Assembly: GCA_964630525.1 (NCBI GenBank)
Contig: CAZVUY010000003.1
Location: 48,699-112,698, forward strand
Origin: an uncultured Candidatus Saccharibacteria bacterium
GTDB taxonomy: Bacteria > Patescibacteriota > Minisyncoccia > Phycocordibacterales > WO2-35-19
Length of the DNA stretch: 64,000 nucleotides
Direction of reading: 5' to 3'
Part shown: piece by piece, positions 9,334 through 18,165 of the stretch
Layout: every line of letters starts with the position of its first letter
Numbering within the stretch: position 1 is the stretch's first letter
Notes under the pieces: generated by a model
Told to the model about the DNA's origin: nothing
Seen by the model: only the letters and a program-made list of their open reading frames with translations
The model's database searches: none
Program-made: the position numbers and the translations under genes

Positions 9334-9870
9334 TCAGGCCCTTTTGCTAGCGGTGGGAGTGATGGTTGGCGGCATAAACGGTGTTAGGATCATCAGTTTC
9401 AAAAATTCGAAACTTTTCTCAACACCATTTTTGATTAACAAGCTTGCTGCTCTGGTGACGGCCAGTGTATTGTCACCGCCCGGGTTTCTCCACACAACCG
9501 TCACCTGGACATCTCCAGGAGAAGGATTCATAGCGTATGGGGCGAACAAAACACCTATTGTCTGGCCACAAATCGGACTCTCTTGCCCTTTTTGGACTTC
9601 TTTTTTTACCCAAGCGTCGATCTTCTCCTTCAAGGTAGAAGTGAAAACTTCATATCCTGCGGGATTAGATTTCCGGTTGAGCAAGAAATCCATCTTCGCC
9701 ACTCCTACATGGTCACCTCGCTTTTGAGCAGCAGCCCTTTCTGACCTGAGCTCAGCAAGGTAATCATTATCGGCGAGTGTGAAGACAATGACGTCCACAT
9801 TGGTTTGCCACTGCGCGAATGCGCTCGTGGCGGAAACGAACAGTAGCACAACCGTCAAAAGCCACGGCAT
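9334..9870 (-). CDS. Secreted hypothetical protein
   Basis: ATG at 9870 has an AAGGAGG RBS. Signal peptide MPWLLTVVLLFVSATSAFA. Confidence 0.5.
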   Translation of the reverse strand: MPWLLTVVLLFVSATSAFAQWQTNVDVIVFTLADNDYLAELRSERAAAQKRGDHVGVAKMDFLLNRKSNPAGYEVFTSTLKEKIDAWVKKEVQKGQESPICGQTIGVLFAPYAMNPSPGDVQVTVVWRNPGGDNTLAVTRAASLLIKNGVEKSFEFLKLMILTPFMPPTITPTASKRA

Positions 9871-9925
9871 GGCAGTGGCCTCCTTTCTTTCTTCTACTTT
9901 AATCCTCCCATTTTGATGCAAAAAG

Positions 9926-10534
9926 TCAAGTACTCTTGGGGAAGGGGGTGCGACACTCTTTTTCTCTAAAACAGGTAGTGAGGTGGTCGTTCGTCATACC
10001 TACGGCCTGCATATGGGCGTAAACCACAGTTGGACCCAAGAATTTAAACCCTCTTTTCTTCAAATCTTTGGCAAAAATTTCTGCCTCTCTAGTAACAGCG
10101 GGGATGTCTTTCAAACTTTTCCTCTTGTTTTGGATTTGCTTATTTTTCACAAAACCCCACATGTATTTGGCAAAACTACCGAACTCTTTTTGGACCAACA
10201 TAAACTTATTAGCATTGTTGATCGCCGCCGCTATCTTGAGTTTGTTCCTGATGATCCTGCTATCTTTTAGCAATGACGCTACTTTGGTTTTATTGAACCT
10301 AGCTATCTTTTTATAATCAAACTCGGCGAAGGCTTTGCGGAAATTTGCTCGCTTGTGCAAAATGGTGCGCCAAGAAAGTCCGGCCTGCATACTCTCAAGG
10401 ATTAAAAACTCAAATATTTTCTGGTCGTCAAAAACCGGCACACCCCATTCTCTGTCATGGTATTCGATCATGAGAGCGTCCTCTCCCGGCCATGGACAGC
10501 GAGCGCTTCCTTTTTTCTGTTTTTGCCCTAGCAT
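9926..10534 (-). CDS. tag: DNA-3-methyladenine glycosylase I
   Basis: CPWPGEDALMIEYHDREWGVP ... FEFLILESMQAGLSW. Confidence 0.85.
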   Translation of the reverse strand: MLGQKQKKGSARCPWPGEDALMIEYHDREWGVPVFDDQKIFEFLILESMQAGLSWRTILHKRANFRKAFAEFDYKKIARFNKTKVASLLKDSRIIRNKLKIAAAINNANKFMLVQKEFGSFAKYMWGFVKNKQIQNKRKSLKDIPAVTREAEIFAKDLKKRGFKFLGPTVVYAHMQAVGMTNDHLTTCFREKECRTPFPKST

Positions 10535-10848
10535 TATTTCTTCTTGTCGAGTTTGTCGATGCCGATTATCCGAACTCCGAAGTAGACGACTAGCGCGATT
10601 ACTAAAAAGTCTATAACAACCGCAACGAAGTCTCCATAAAGGATTTGATTTTCGCCTATTTTTAGCGAAGCAGATTTCAATCCTTCTGTGGTGCCAAGCA
10701 AAGCTCCGAGGAGGGGATTGACGATATCGGTGACAAGTGCACTCACCACTCTGGAAACAGCGCCTCCTAAAATAAAGCCGACCGCAAGCCCTACCACTCC
10801 CTGCTCACGTATAAAATCAACAAACGCCTCTATGTTATTTCGGATCAT
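10534..10848 (-). CDS. mscL: Large-conductance mechanosensitive channel
   Basis: Typical MscL sequence throughout, including GLAVGFILGGAVS. 104 aa. Confidence 0.85.
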   Translation of the reverse strand: MIRNNIEAFVDFIREQGVVGLAVGFILGGAVSRVVSALVTDIVNPLLGALLGTTEGLKSASLKIGENQILYGDFVAVVIDFLVIALVVYFGVRIIGIDKLDKKK

Positions 10849-11029
10849 TTTTTTTGATGAAGTAAATAAATACTATTGTTATGTCGACTATAAACCCAAT
10901 GATTCCGACGATGACAAGGACAGCAACACTCCACTTCGGCATCACCACTCCTCGCAGTGTATTAATAGCAAATATGGTTATATAAGCAAAAGCCAGCGAA
11001 CCTAAAATATCGAAATGTTGGGGCTTCAT
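10835..11029 (-). CDS. Small membrane protein (64 aa, 2 TM)
   Basis: Internal ATG (MKPQHF...) of the track ORF lies downstream of the pyrF terminator. Two hydrophobic helices. Confidence 0.35.
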   Translation of the reverse strand: MKPQHFDILGSLAFAYITIFAINTLRGVVMPKWSVAVLVIVGIIGFIVDITIVFIYFIKKNDPK

Positions 11030-11089
11030 AGCTTGAATGAAATATAGTTTATCAGATGAAATACCTAAAAGATATAAGAAACAAATATG

Positions 11090-11117
11090 CCCGGTCTGCA
11101 TTGTTGCAGACCGGGCA
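11090..11117 (-). terminator. Rho-independent terminator for pyrF
   Basis: Perfect 12-bp stem GCCCGGTCTGCA-TTGT-TGCAGACCGGGC with a T-rich run on the minus strand. Confidence 0.6.
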
Positions 11118-11138
11118 TTAACAGTATCATCTCTTTTA

Positions 11139-12053
11139 TCACGGCAGGTATTTTTTGATCTCTGCTGCCAGTTCTTGTGTTTTTGTTCGGGCCGCATCCG
11201 CATAATCCCTGTCGGACGAAGCGAAGATGATGCCGCGCGAGGAGTTGACGATGATGCCGTCGCCATTGTGGGTGATGCCAGCTTTGACCGTCTTCTCGAC
11301 GTCGCCGCCTTGAGCGCCGATGCCCGGAATGAGGATCGGCATGTCGTGGACGATCTTGCGAACGACTGTCAGTTCTTCCGGATAGGTGGCGCCGACTACG
11401 ACTCCGCAGTTGTGGCCAATTCGGTTCCAGACTCCGTGAACGCGATGCGCCACATACTTCCAGAGCGGCATGGATCTCTCCATGGTGAAGTGTTCTTCTG
11501 AAGCCAGTTGACCTTGATAGATTTCATCGAAGTGCTCCGACTGAAGCGAAACGGTCAGATCCTGGAACTCCCACGCTCCTGGATTGGAGGTGCGACAGAG
11601 CACGAAGATACCTTTGTTATCGCAATCGAGAAAAGGCTTCAGTGCGTCCGGTCCGCCGAGATACGGGTGAACGGTGATGGCGTCGACCTTAAGTCTGTCG
11701 AAAGCCATCTTGATGTAGCCGTTGTTGGTGTTGCCGATGTCTGCTCGCTTGGCGTCCAGAATGACAGGGACGTCTGGGGCGAGCCGATGGATGGTCCTCA
11801 CCGTTTCCTCGAGAACTTGCCAGCCACTGTTGCCGAACGCCTCATAAAAGGCAGCGTTTGGTTTGTATGCCAGCACCATGTCGCAAGTAGCATCGATGAT
11901 GCTTTCGTTGAAAATCCTCATGATTCTTTCAAGAGAATCTGATGAGCGGCGGAGGTGGTACGGAAGTTTGGAGACTTCAGAATCGAGGCCGACGCAGACG
12001 AATTTGCCTTCCGCCCATTTGGCTTTGAGTAATTCCTTGAAGTGTCTTCTCAT
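11139..12053 (-). CDS. pyrF: Orotidine-5'-phosphate decarboxylase, type 2
   Basis: VCVGLD, ILDAKRADIGNT and HPYLG motifs. About 300 aa. GC content clearly above the flanks. Confidence 0.75.
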   Translation of the reverse strand: MRRHFKELLKAKWAEGKFVCVGLDSEVSKLPYHLRRSSDSLERIMRIFNESIIDATCDMVLAYKPNAAFYEAFGNSGWQVLEETVRTIHRLAPDVPVILDAKRADIGNTNNGYIKMAFDRLKVDAITVHPYLGGPDALKPFLDCDNKGIFVLCRTSNPGAWEFQDLTVSLQSEHFDEIYQGQLASEEHFTMERSMPLWKYVAHRVHGVWNRIGHNCGVVVGATYPEELTVVRKIVHDMPILIPGIGAQGGDVEKTVKAGITHNGDGIIVNSSRGIIFASSDRDYADAARTKTQELAAEIKKYLP

Positions 12054-12369
12054 TAGGCACCCCTTTCTAAGTTGATTTGACTGTTGGTAAGGAACAGTTT
12101 CGGATCAATATTACATTATGTTTAATATAATACAACCCACCAAAAACAGTGCATCGGACACTTTTTTGTTTCTGGTGGACATCAGCCCGAAAAGTTGGAA
12201 CCAGTGGGAAATCTATGTATTTGAGAGCTATGGATTGTTGAGCGGGTTAAATATATAAAGAAATACCTTAATCTTATTTAAATTTAGATACACAAGAGAG
12301 GAATAGAATATTATAAAAAAAGAAACCGCCCGCCGAAACGAGTGGTCTCTGCGGGACGGGTGACTAAGG

Positions 12370-12735
12370 TTACTGCTTGACTAGATATCGTGTGCAAGTG
12401 TCCCAAATAGTCTTGACGACACTAACCCACTCCGTGGCAAGAAATTTATCAGTCGGGACGTAGCACTGCCGATTCTCGTCGGATACTGGGTGATAGTAGA
12501 CGTATTCGATTTTACCTCCACACAACATAATTGTCCGTAGAGGTTCCTCGTTAAGCTTAATCTTGACACCCACGGAGGAGAGATCGAGTGCTTTGCCCCA
12601 TAAGTAATCGACCTCAATTTGAAGCATCTCTGCTCCTGAAACAAAATCCTCTTTGGTAGGCGGACGATACCCTTGCAATGTTGCTAATTTGTAGAACATG
12701 CTGAGTCCCTCTTCAACAGATAGCTCAGTGACCAT
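12370..12735 (-). CDS. Hypothetical protein
   Basis: ATG at 12735 has an AAAGGAGGAG RBS. A GC hairpin plus T-run follows the stop on the minus strand. Confidence 0.45.
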   Translation of the reverse strand: MVTELSVEEGLSMFYKLATLQGYRPPTKEDFVSGAEMLQIEVDYLWGKALDLSSVGVKIKLNEEPLRTIMLCGGKIEYVYYHPVSDENRQCYVPTDKFLATEWVSVVKTIWDTCTRYLVKQ

Positions 12736-12810
12736 CACTACTCCTCCTTTTTCCAAAAGAACTTATATGTTTATATATTATACTTTACTATAAAAATAAA
12801 GTCAAATTTG

Positions 12811-12883
12811 TGGACCCTACCAGATTCGAACTGGTGACCTCCTCATTGCAAATGAGGCGCTCTACCAACTAAGCTAAGGGCCC
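12811..12883 (-). tRNA. tRNA-Cys (GCA)
   Basis: Cloverleaf folded by hand: acceptor GGGCCCU/AGGGUCC, anticodon loop UUGCAAU, T-loop UUCGAAU. 73 nt. Confidence 0.85.
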
Positions 12884-12963
12884 GTTATGGGTTTATTATA
12901 CGATTTTTTGATTTCAATTTACTACTCCATCAACCAAACTAAGTGCTTGCGTTGGCTAATATA

Positions 12964-13956
12964 TCACACCCTATCTCTTTTCCCAAGAGCTTTGTTGATG
13001 AGGTGGGAGAGGAATTCTTTGATGTTGGAACCGATGGCTTGGAGGGACTTTGGCAGAAGTGAAGTTTCGGTGAGGCCAGGGAGAGTGTTGGTTTCCAAAA
13101 TATAAATACCGCGCCGTGGATGGACGATAAAGTCTGAGCGGGAATAATGACGCAGGTGAAGGGCTCGGTGAGCTTCGGTAGCCAGTTGTTTTATAAGATC
13201 GGACTCTTCGGGTGTAAAGTTGCCAGGGCAAATCTCTTCAGCACCACCATTTTTGGAGTCGCTGTACTTGGCCGCATAGTCGAATAGATCTCGGCCATGC
13301 CTTATCTCTATCGGGATGAGTGGATAATGTTCGGTATTTCTAAAATGGTCGATCACACCACAGGTCGCTTCCTTGCCTTCTATCATCTCTTCGATCAAGA
13401 CAGCAGGGGAATGTTCGGCGGCTGCTACCACTGCTTCTTCGAGCTCGGGCAATGAGCGAGCCAGGTAAACACCGACCGAAGAGCCGGCCGAAGATGGTTT
13501 GACGATGAAAGGAGCTGGTACACTTTCATAAGCACTTCTGATCATTTGTTTACTCAAGTCTTCAAAGGGTATTACGAAAGAGGCTGGCGTCTTGAGTCCA
13601 TGGTGTCGATAGATTTTTTTGGCAGCCACTTTGTTCATGGCGATCGCTGAGGCGAGAGAAGTGGAGCCGGTGTAGGGGACTTTGAAATGCTCTAGTAAGC
13701 GTTGGACCTCGCCATCTTCGCCGTACTTGCCGTGGAGCCCGTTGATGACCAGGTCGAGCCTGGACAAAACATTTTCTGGTTTGCGTTCTACACCACGCTC
13801 GTGCCAGACACCGTCTTTGGAGATCAAGATATCGGCTGGCTCATATTCTTCACCCAAATTGGCGAGAATGTTGGCTCCGGTTTTGAGTGACACTTCATAT
13901 TCCGGAGAAGGGCCGCCGCGCAAAACACCAACTTTTATTTTATGAGCAAAAGACAT
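12964..13956 (-). CDS. ddl: D-alanine--D-alanine ligase
   Basis: Ddl-like N-terminus KIKVGVLRGGPSPEYEVS and an ATP-grasp body. Confidence 0.85.
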   Translation of the reverse strand: MSFAHKIKVGVLRGGPSPEYEVSLKTGANILANLGEEYEPADILISKDGVWHERGVERKPENVLSRLDLVINGLHGKYGEDGEVQRLLEHFKVPYTGSTSLASAIAMNKVAAKKIYRHHGLKTPASFVIPFEDLSKQMIRSAYESVPAPFIVKPSSAGSSVGVYLARSLPELEEAVVAAAEHSPAVLIEEMIEGKEATCGVIDHFRNTEHYPLIPIEIRHGRDLFDYAAKYSDSKNGGAEEICPGNFTPEESDLIKQLATEAHRALHLRHYSRSDFIVHPRRGIYILETNTLPGLTETSLLPKSLQAIGSNIKEFLSHLINKALGKRDRV

Positions 13957-14184
13957 ACGGTAATTATAATTGAAAGAAGGAAAGATTGAAAATTGAAAGA
14001 TTGAAAATCTGGTTTGACTTTTATTTATTAAGTTTATATTATTGAGATGGTTTTTAATATACTTCTCGCTTGTGCCAAACTTCTTGTAGAAGGCGGGAAG
14101 TATAGCTCCATAGGCGTTGTGTGTGAAGACTCCCGATCATACAACGCCTTTTTTTATATCCGATTTTTAGCTATACTTGGTCGC

Positions 14185-15216
14185 ATGTCAGAGGCACTTT
14201 ATCGAAAATATCGACCGCAAACTTTCAAAGAAGTCGTTGGTCAGGAGCAGGTAGTCAAAGTCCTCGAATCGGAGGTGGCTTCGGGCAAAGTGGCACACGC
14301 CTATCTGTTTGCTGGTAGTCGAGGGACGGGCAAGACCAGTATTGCTCGTATTTTCGCTAAAGCTCTCGGGGTTAGCGCTGAGGATGTGTATGAAATCGAT
14401 GCCGCCTCCAATCGTGGGATCGATGAAGTGCGAGAAATCAGAGACTCGGTGCATACTTACCCTTACTCTTCAAAATACAAAATCTATATTGTCGATGAAG
14501 TGCACATGCTTACTAAAGAAGCTTGGAACGCTTTCCTCAAAACTTTGGAAGAGCCGCCGGCTCATGTGATCTTTATCATGGCGACGACCGAGGAACACAA
14601 GTTGCCTGACACCGTGATTTCTCGTTGCGAAACTTTCACTTTCAAAAAACCAAACCACGCTCTGCTCGCCGCCGCTGTTTTAGAAGTGGCCAAAAAGGAG
14701 GGTTGCAAGCTGGAAAAGAAATCAGCCAACCTGATCGCCACTTTGGCGGAAGGCTCGTTTCGAGACGCTTTCTCTATTTTGCAGAAGACGATCAACTCTT
14801 CAAAAGACAAAACTCTCTCTCATGGAGAAGTAGAAGGGGTACTCGGTGCTCCGGAAGAATCTCTAATTCTCGAAGTGCTTGCGGGAGTGGCGGCTAAAGA
14901 TGCGAAGCAGGCTCTCGGGGCGATCCAAAAAGCGGTCGCCATGAATACTGATATGCAGGTTTTGTTGAAAATGATTATCCGCGCTTTGCGCTTTGTACTG
15001 CTGCTCCGGTTTGCGAGTGACACCAAAACAATGATCATAGCAGAGACCGGTGAAGCGGAATTTGAAAAACTTGCTGCGCTTGCCAAGACGGCGAGGGACC
15101 TAAATTCTAAAACAGTGGTCGCTTTTCTTGAAGCGGCTTCACGGCAAGCACACGCTTCTATGCCAGAATTGCCGATCGAATTGGCGATCATCGAATCTTG
15201 TGAAAGCGGGAAATAG
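14185..15216 (+). CDS. dnaX: DNA polymerase III subunit gamma/tau (short form)
   Basis: YRKYRPQTF, GTGKTS Walker A and IVDEVHML. ATG at 14185; the track ORF starts upstream at 14047. Confidence 0.85.
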   Translation: MSEALYRKYRPQTFKEVVGQEQVVKVLESEVASGKVAHAYLFAGSRGTGKTSIARIFAKALGVSAEDVYEIDAASNRGIDEVREIRDSVHTYPYSSKYKIYIVDEVHMLTKEAWNAFLKTLEEPPAHVIFIMATTEEHKLPDTVISRCETFTFKKPNHALLAAAVLEVAKKEGCKLEKKSANLIATLAEGSFRDAFSILQKTINSSKDKTLSHGEVEGVLGAPEESLILEVLAGVAAKDAKQALGAIQKAVAMNTDMQVLLKMIIRALRFVLLLRFASDTKTMIIAETGEAEFEKLAALAKTARDLNSKTVVAFLEAASRQAHASMPELPIELAIIESCESGK

Positions 15217-15341
15217 TTTTGCAACTTACAAAAATAGCTTCTTTCGCTTTGCGCACATAATTTTCTGCTGAAAATTTGCTCGTGCTCGCTTCAGTCAAGC
15301 CTCGCATGGCACACTCAAGAACTATTTTTGTAAGTTACAGG

Positions 15342-15851
15342 CTACTCGTCTTCTTTTAGTTCGGCCAAAGCGACTTTGAGCTCGTTTTGTTTGAGTGAAG
15401 CAAAAAATCTTTTTAGAGTATCGACGATCACCGGCAACTCTAGGTAGTCGATCAAGATAGCGACCCAGGCGAGCCAAAGAGGCAAAAGCAGCGGTGCATT
15501 TTCTACAAATGCATCGATCACAAACTCATCGGTGATCCAGAAGAGGTGCAACCATTGGGAATTGATAAAAAGGAAATACATCAATGACTTTTTGTTGAAA
15601 GATTTGCGGAGTTCGTTGAGGTACACAGTGGAGGTGGCCAAGATGGCTGGGATCTCGGTGTAGTCGATGAGGACGATGAAAGCTTTGGGGGCGTCGTGGA
15701 GGGAGAAGAGAGGGGCGCCGAAAAGTTTGGCTGTGATCACTTCGCCAAAAAGCCAGATCAAATGAAATATTTGTAGCAAAAAAAGTCCCGCGGCGATGCC
15801 GAGGTTTAGTGTGTAATGGCTTTCGTACCAACTCCAAAATTTTTTAAACAT
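15342..15851 (-). CDS. Hypothetical membrane protein
   Basis: ORF with several hydrophobic helices. Confidence 0.45.
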   Translation of the reverse strand: MFKKFWSWYESHYTLNLGIAAGLFLLQIFHLIWLFGEVITAKLFGAPLFSLHDAPKAFIVLIDYTEIPAILATSTVYLNELRKSFNKKSLMYFLFINSQWLHLFWITDEFVIDAFVENAPLLLPLWLAWVAILIDYLELPVIVDTLKRFFASLKQNELKVALAELKEDE

Positions 15852-15902
15852 GGAGGAAATAATACCATAACCGGCTTTTTTATGTTATAACTCTCTAGTA
15901 AT

Positions 15903-15976
15903 TGCCGGGTCGTCTAATGGTAGGACATCAGGTTTTGGTCCTGAGTATCGGGGTTCGAGTCCCTGCCCGGCAGCCA
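15903..15976 (+). tRNA. tRNA-Gln (UUG), CCA encoded
   Basis: U1-A72 acceptor pair, anticodon loop UUUUGGU, T-loop UUCGAGU, terminal CCA. Confidence 0.8.
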
Positions 15977-16126
15977 AGTCGTGCGGCGTTCGAGACGCGT
16001 CAACATAACGCTTTTCTTGCTAAGTAAAGCTGATCCGTCTAGAGTGCAAAAACCCATAAAATTCTTTTTCGTGGTCGATTCCAGTCTTCTGGATTTCTAG
16101 ACCATAAAAAGCTATTATGAGCAATA

Positions 16127-17596
16127 ATGATAACTCGAAGATTGGAATTTTGGGCTGACAGCTTCCATGAGGGAAATTGGGCTTGTGAGGAGCTTTCCAA
16201 ATTTTTTAAGCTGAAAAACATTTCTTATGCAAAGGGTTTTATACCAGTCTTTATTTTCTCGATTGATAAAGACACGGAGCTTGAGGTTACCGTTTTGGGA
16301 TCGTATAAGAATTGGTCGCCCATTCCTAAACCAATAAGTGAGCTGTTAGAGTGGGGTAAACCAGATCTCGTTGCTTACGATGTAGAGGATGACAAAATTC
16401 TTTTTGCGATGGAAGAAACTGCCGCAGTCCCTACTGGTAACCAGGCATTACAACGTTGCGAGCGCATTTACGGAAGTCTTCGACTAGGCATTCCATTTTG
16501 GTATCTTTTGGGAGAATTCGGCCTCCATGTGGATGGTGGGGTTCGAAGAGATTCCATTTGGCCAACCGTTTTGGGTATCAAGCTAAGTTGTATTCAACGT
16601 ACACCCTGCATGGTTCTTCATTACTCAGACCAAGAGCATCCAGAAGATTACTCAGTCGGCGAAGGCGTTAAATCCTTATATACAGCTCTTGCTACAGAAA
16701 TTGAAATTTTCCTTGGTAAAAAGAAGCGGGCTGACCTGAACCAAGTTCTTTCTGAGCAATATGCTCACATGCTTAAGTTTGTAGAGAGTCAGGGCCATAA
16801 TCTAGTGAACTTTATTCCTAATAAAGATGTTCTTTATCACTCAGATACTCCAATGCGTCTGGCACAGCTGGTTACTTCAGGTGAAGTGTTGAGTAATGAT
16901 GATCTTGATTTCTTTAATTGGGGAAAGACTGATGAGCTCCCATCAGAGATTTATGAAAAAATAAGACCCGGAGGATCAATAAAAGAAGATGTTTTCGTAA
17001 AATCTTTAGAAGGTTTAGTGGAAAGCAAAAAGGCCTATACCTTGTCAGGAAACGCTGGTTCACGACCTCAGGATATTGAAAGTATTCGTGAATGGTTGAG
17101 TCAACAAAAAGCATTGTTTGAGGCGGGTAATACCACAAACGCAAAATTTACACTTAAAGAAGGCGATTTCCCTTCGAGTATTTCAGGTAGGAGGCATGTT
17201 ACGACTGCTAAGAACGTGTTTTATCTGGTCGATTCATGTGAAGACATCGAAAATGCATTGAAGTTAAGTTTCCCTAGACTTAGTAGTCTTGATCTAACAT
17301 CAAAGGAGATGCCGGCGTTCGTGTATATTTCTAATAGCTTAAAGCCTGGTCGAATTTTTGGTGACCCATTTACAGGTCAGTTGTCAGCTTTTGCAAATAT
17401 TTTTACAAAGAATGTGCTCGGTGATAAAACGAGAATCTCTATTGCTTACTATCCCCATCAAGTTCATACTCAACTATTAGATCGGAATGGCAAACTGAGA
17501 CGCAACAAGGGAATTGTATTGATGTCTGAACTTCTCGACTACGCTGTTTTTCTGGGTGGGGTTGTCGTGAACATGAAATCAGGAGAAATCATATGA
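16127..17596 (+). CDS. Hypothetical protein (489 aa), first gene of a putative restriction-modification / defence operon
   Basis: ORF whose stop overlaps the next start (ATGA). A weak PDLVAYDVEDD...AMEE region. No clear domain. Confidence 0.45.
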   Translation: MITRRLEFWADSFHEGNWACEELSKFFKLKNISYAKGFIPVFIFSIDKDTELEVTVLGSYKNWSPIPKPISELLEWGKPDLVAYDVEDDKILFAMEETAAVPTGNQALQRCERIYGSLRLGIPFWYLLGEFGLHVDGGVRRDSIWPTVLGIKLSCIQRTPCMVLHYSDQEHPEDYSVGEGVKSLYTALATEIEIFLGKKKRADLNQVLSEQYAHMLKFVESQGHNLVNFIPNKDVLYHSDTPMRLAQLVTSGEVLSNDDLDFFNWGKTDELPSEIYEKIRPGGSIKEDVFVKSLEGLVESKKAYTLSGNAGSRPQDIESIREWLSQQKALFEAGNTTNAKFTLKEGDFPSSISGRRHVTTAKNVFYLVDSCEDIENALKLSFPRLSSLDLTSKEMPAFVYISNSLKPGRIFGDPFTGQLSAFANIFTKNVLGDKTRISIAYYPHQVHTQLLDRNGKLRRNKGIVLMSELLDYAVFLGGVVVNMKSGEII

Positions 17597-18165
17597 TCAA
17601 ATACACTTTCAACATCAATGAGGAAATTGCTCGGTGGGTTACCGAGGTGTACGTACGCGATAATAAAAATCTAGATTGGTGGGTAGCTTTTACTAATCCT
17701 ATTGCTGGTCCTTGGAAGAAAATAACAGCACTAAACGGAGACGGAGTTCCTGTTGAGATTTACCGATTCGAAAGAGAGGGAGAAAGGCCGGATCTTATTT
17801 TGGTCAATGACACGCATAAGACAATACTAATTATCGAGGCAAAAGATTTTGTTCAGAAATTAGTAGCTGGTGAGCAAATGCGTAAATCTGCCCGTGTTAT
17901 TAAAGAAATTACTTCTATACTTAGAAATTGCGGTAATGAACATTGGGTATCACGTAAGGATTATAAAATTATTCCTTCGTTCTTATGGTATACAGATAAA
18001 CAAGATCTGATTAAGCCAGAGGATGAGTTGGTACGAGTAACTTATAAAACAGTAGCGGATGATGATTCTGAACTATTGAATATAGTGATCACAAAAGGTG
18101 AATCAGGAGATCTAAAGAACAACTTTGTCTACAATTCACAGATCACTGATGATCTAACTGTTTAA
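17593..18165 (+). CDS. PD-(D/E)xK nuclease-fold protein (candidate restriction endonuclease subunit)
   Basis: RPDLILVND...ILIIEAKD motif. Converges on the methyltransferase genes. Confidence 0.5.
   Translation: MIKYTFNINEEIARWVTEVYVRDNKNLDWWVAFTNPIAGPWKKITALNGDGVPVEIYRFEREGERPDLILVNDTHKTILIIEAKDFVQKLVAGEQMRKSARVIKEITSILRNCGNEHWVSRKDYKIIPSFLWYTDKQDLIKPEDELVRVTYKTVADDDSELLNIVITKGESGDLKNNFVYNSQITDDLTV

Noticed and set aside
9317-9727. 136-aa plus-strand ORF
   Set aside because: Antisense to the secreted-protein gene, which has a clear RBS and signal peptide. No motif supports it.
10335-10616. 93-aa plus-strand ORF
   Set aside because: Antisense overlap with the tag and mscL genes.
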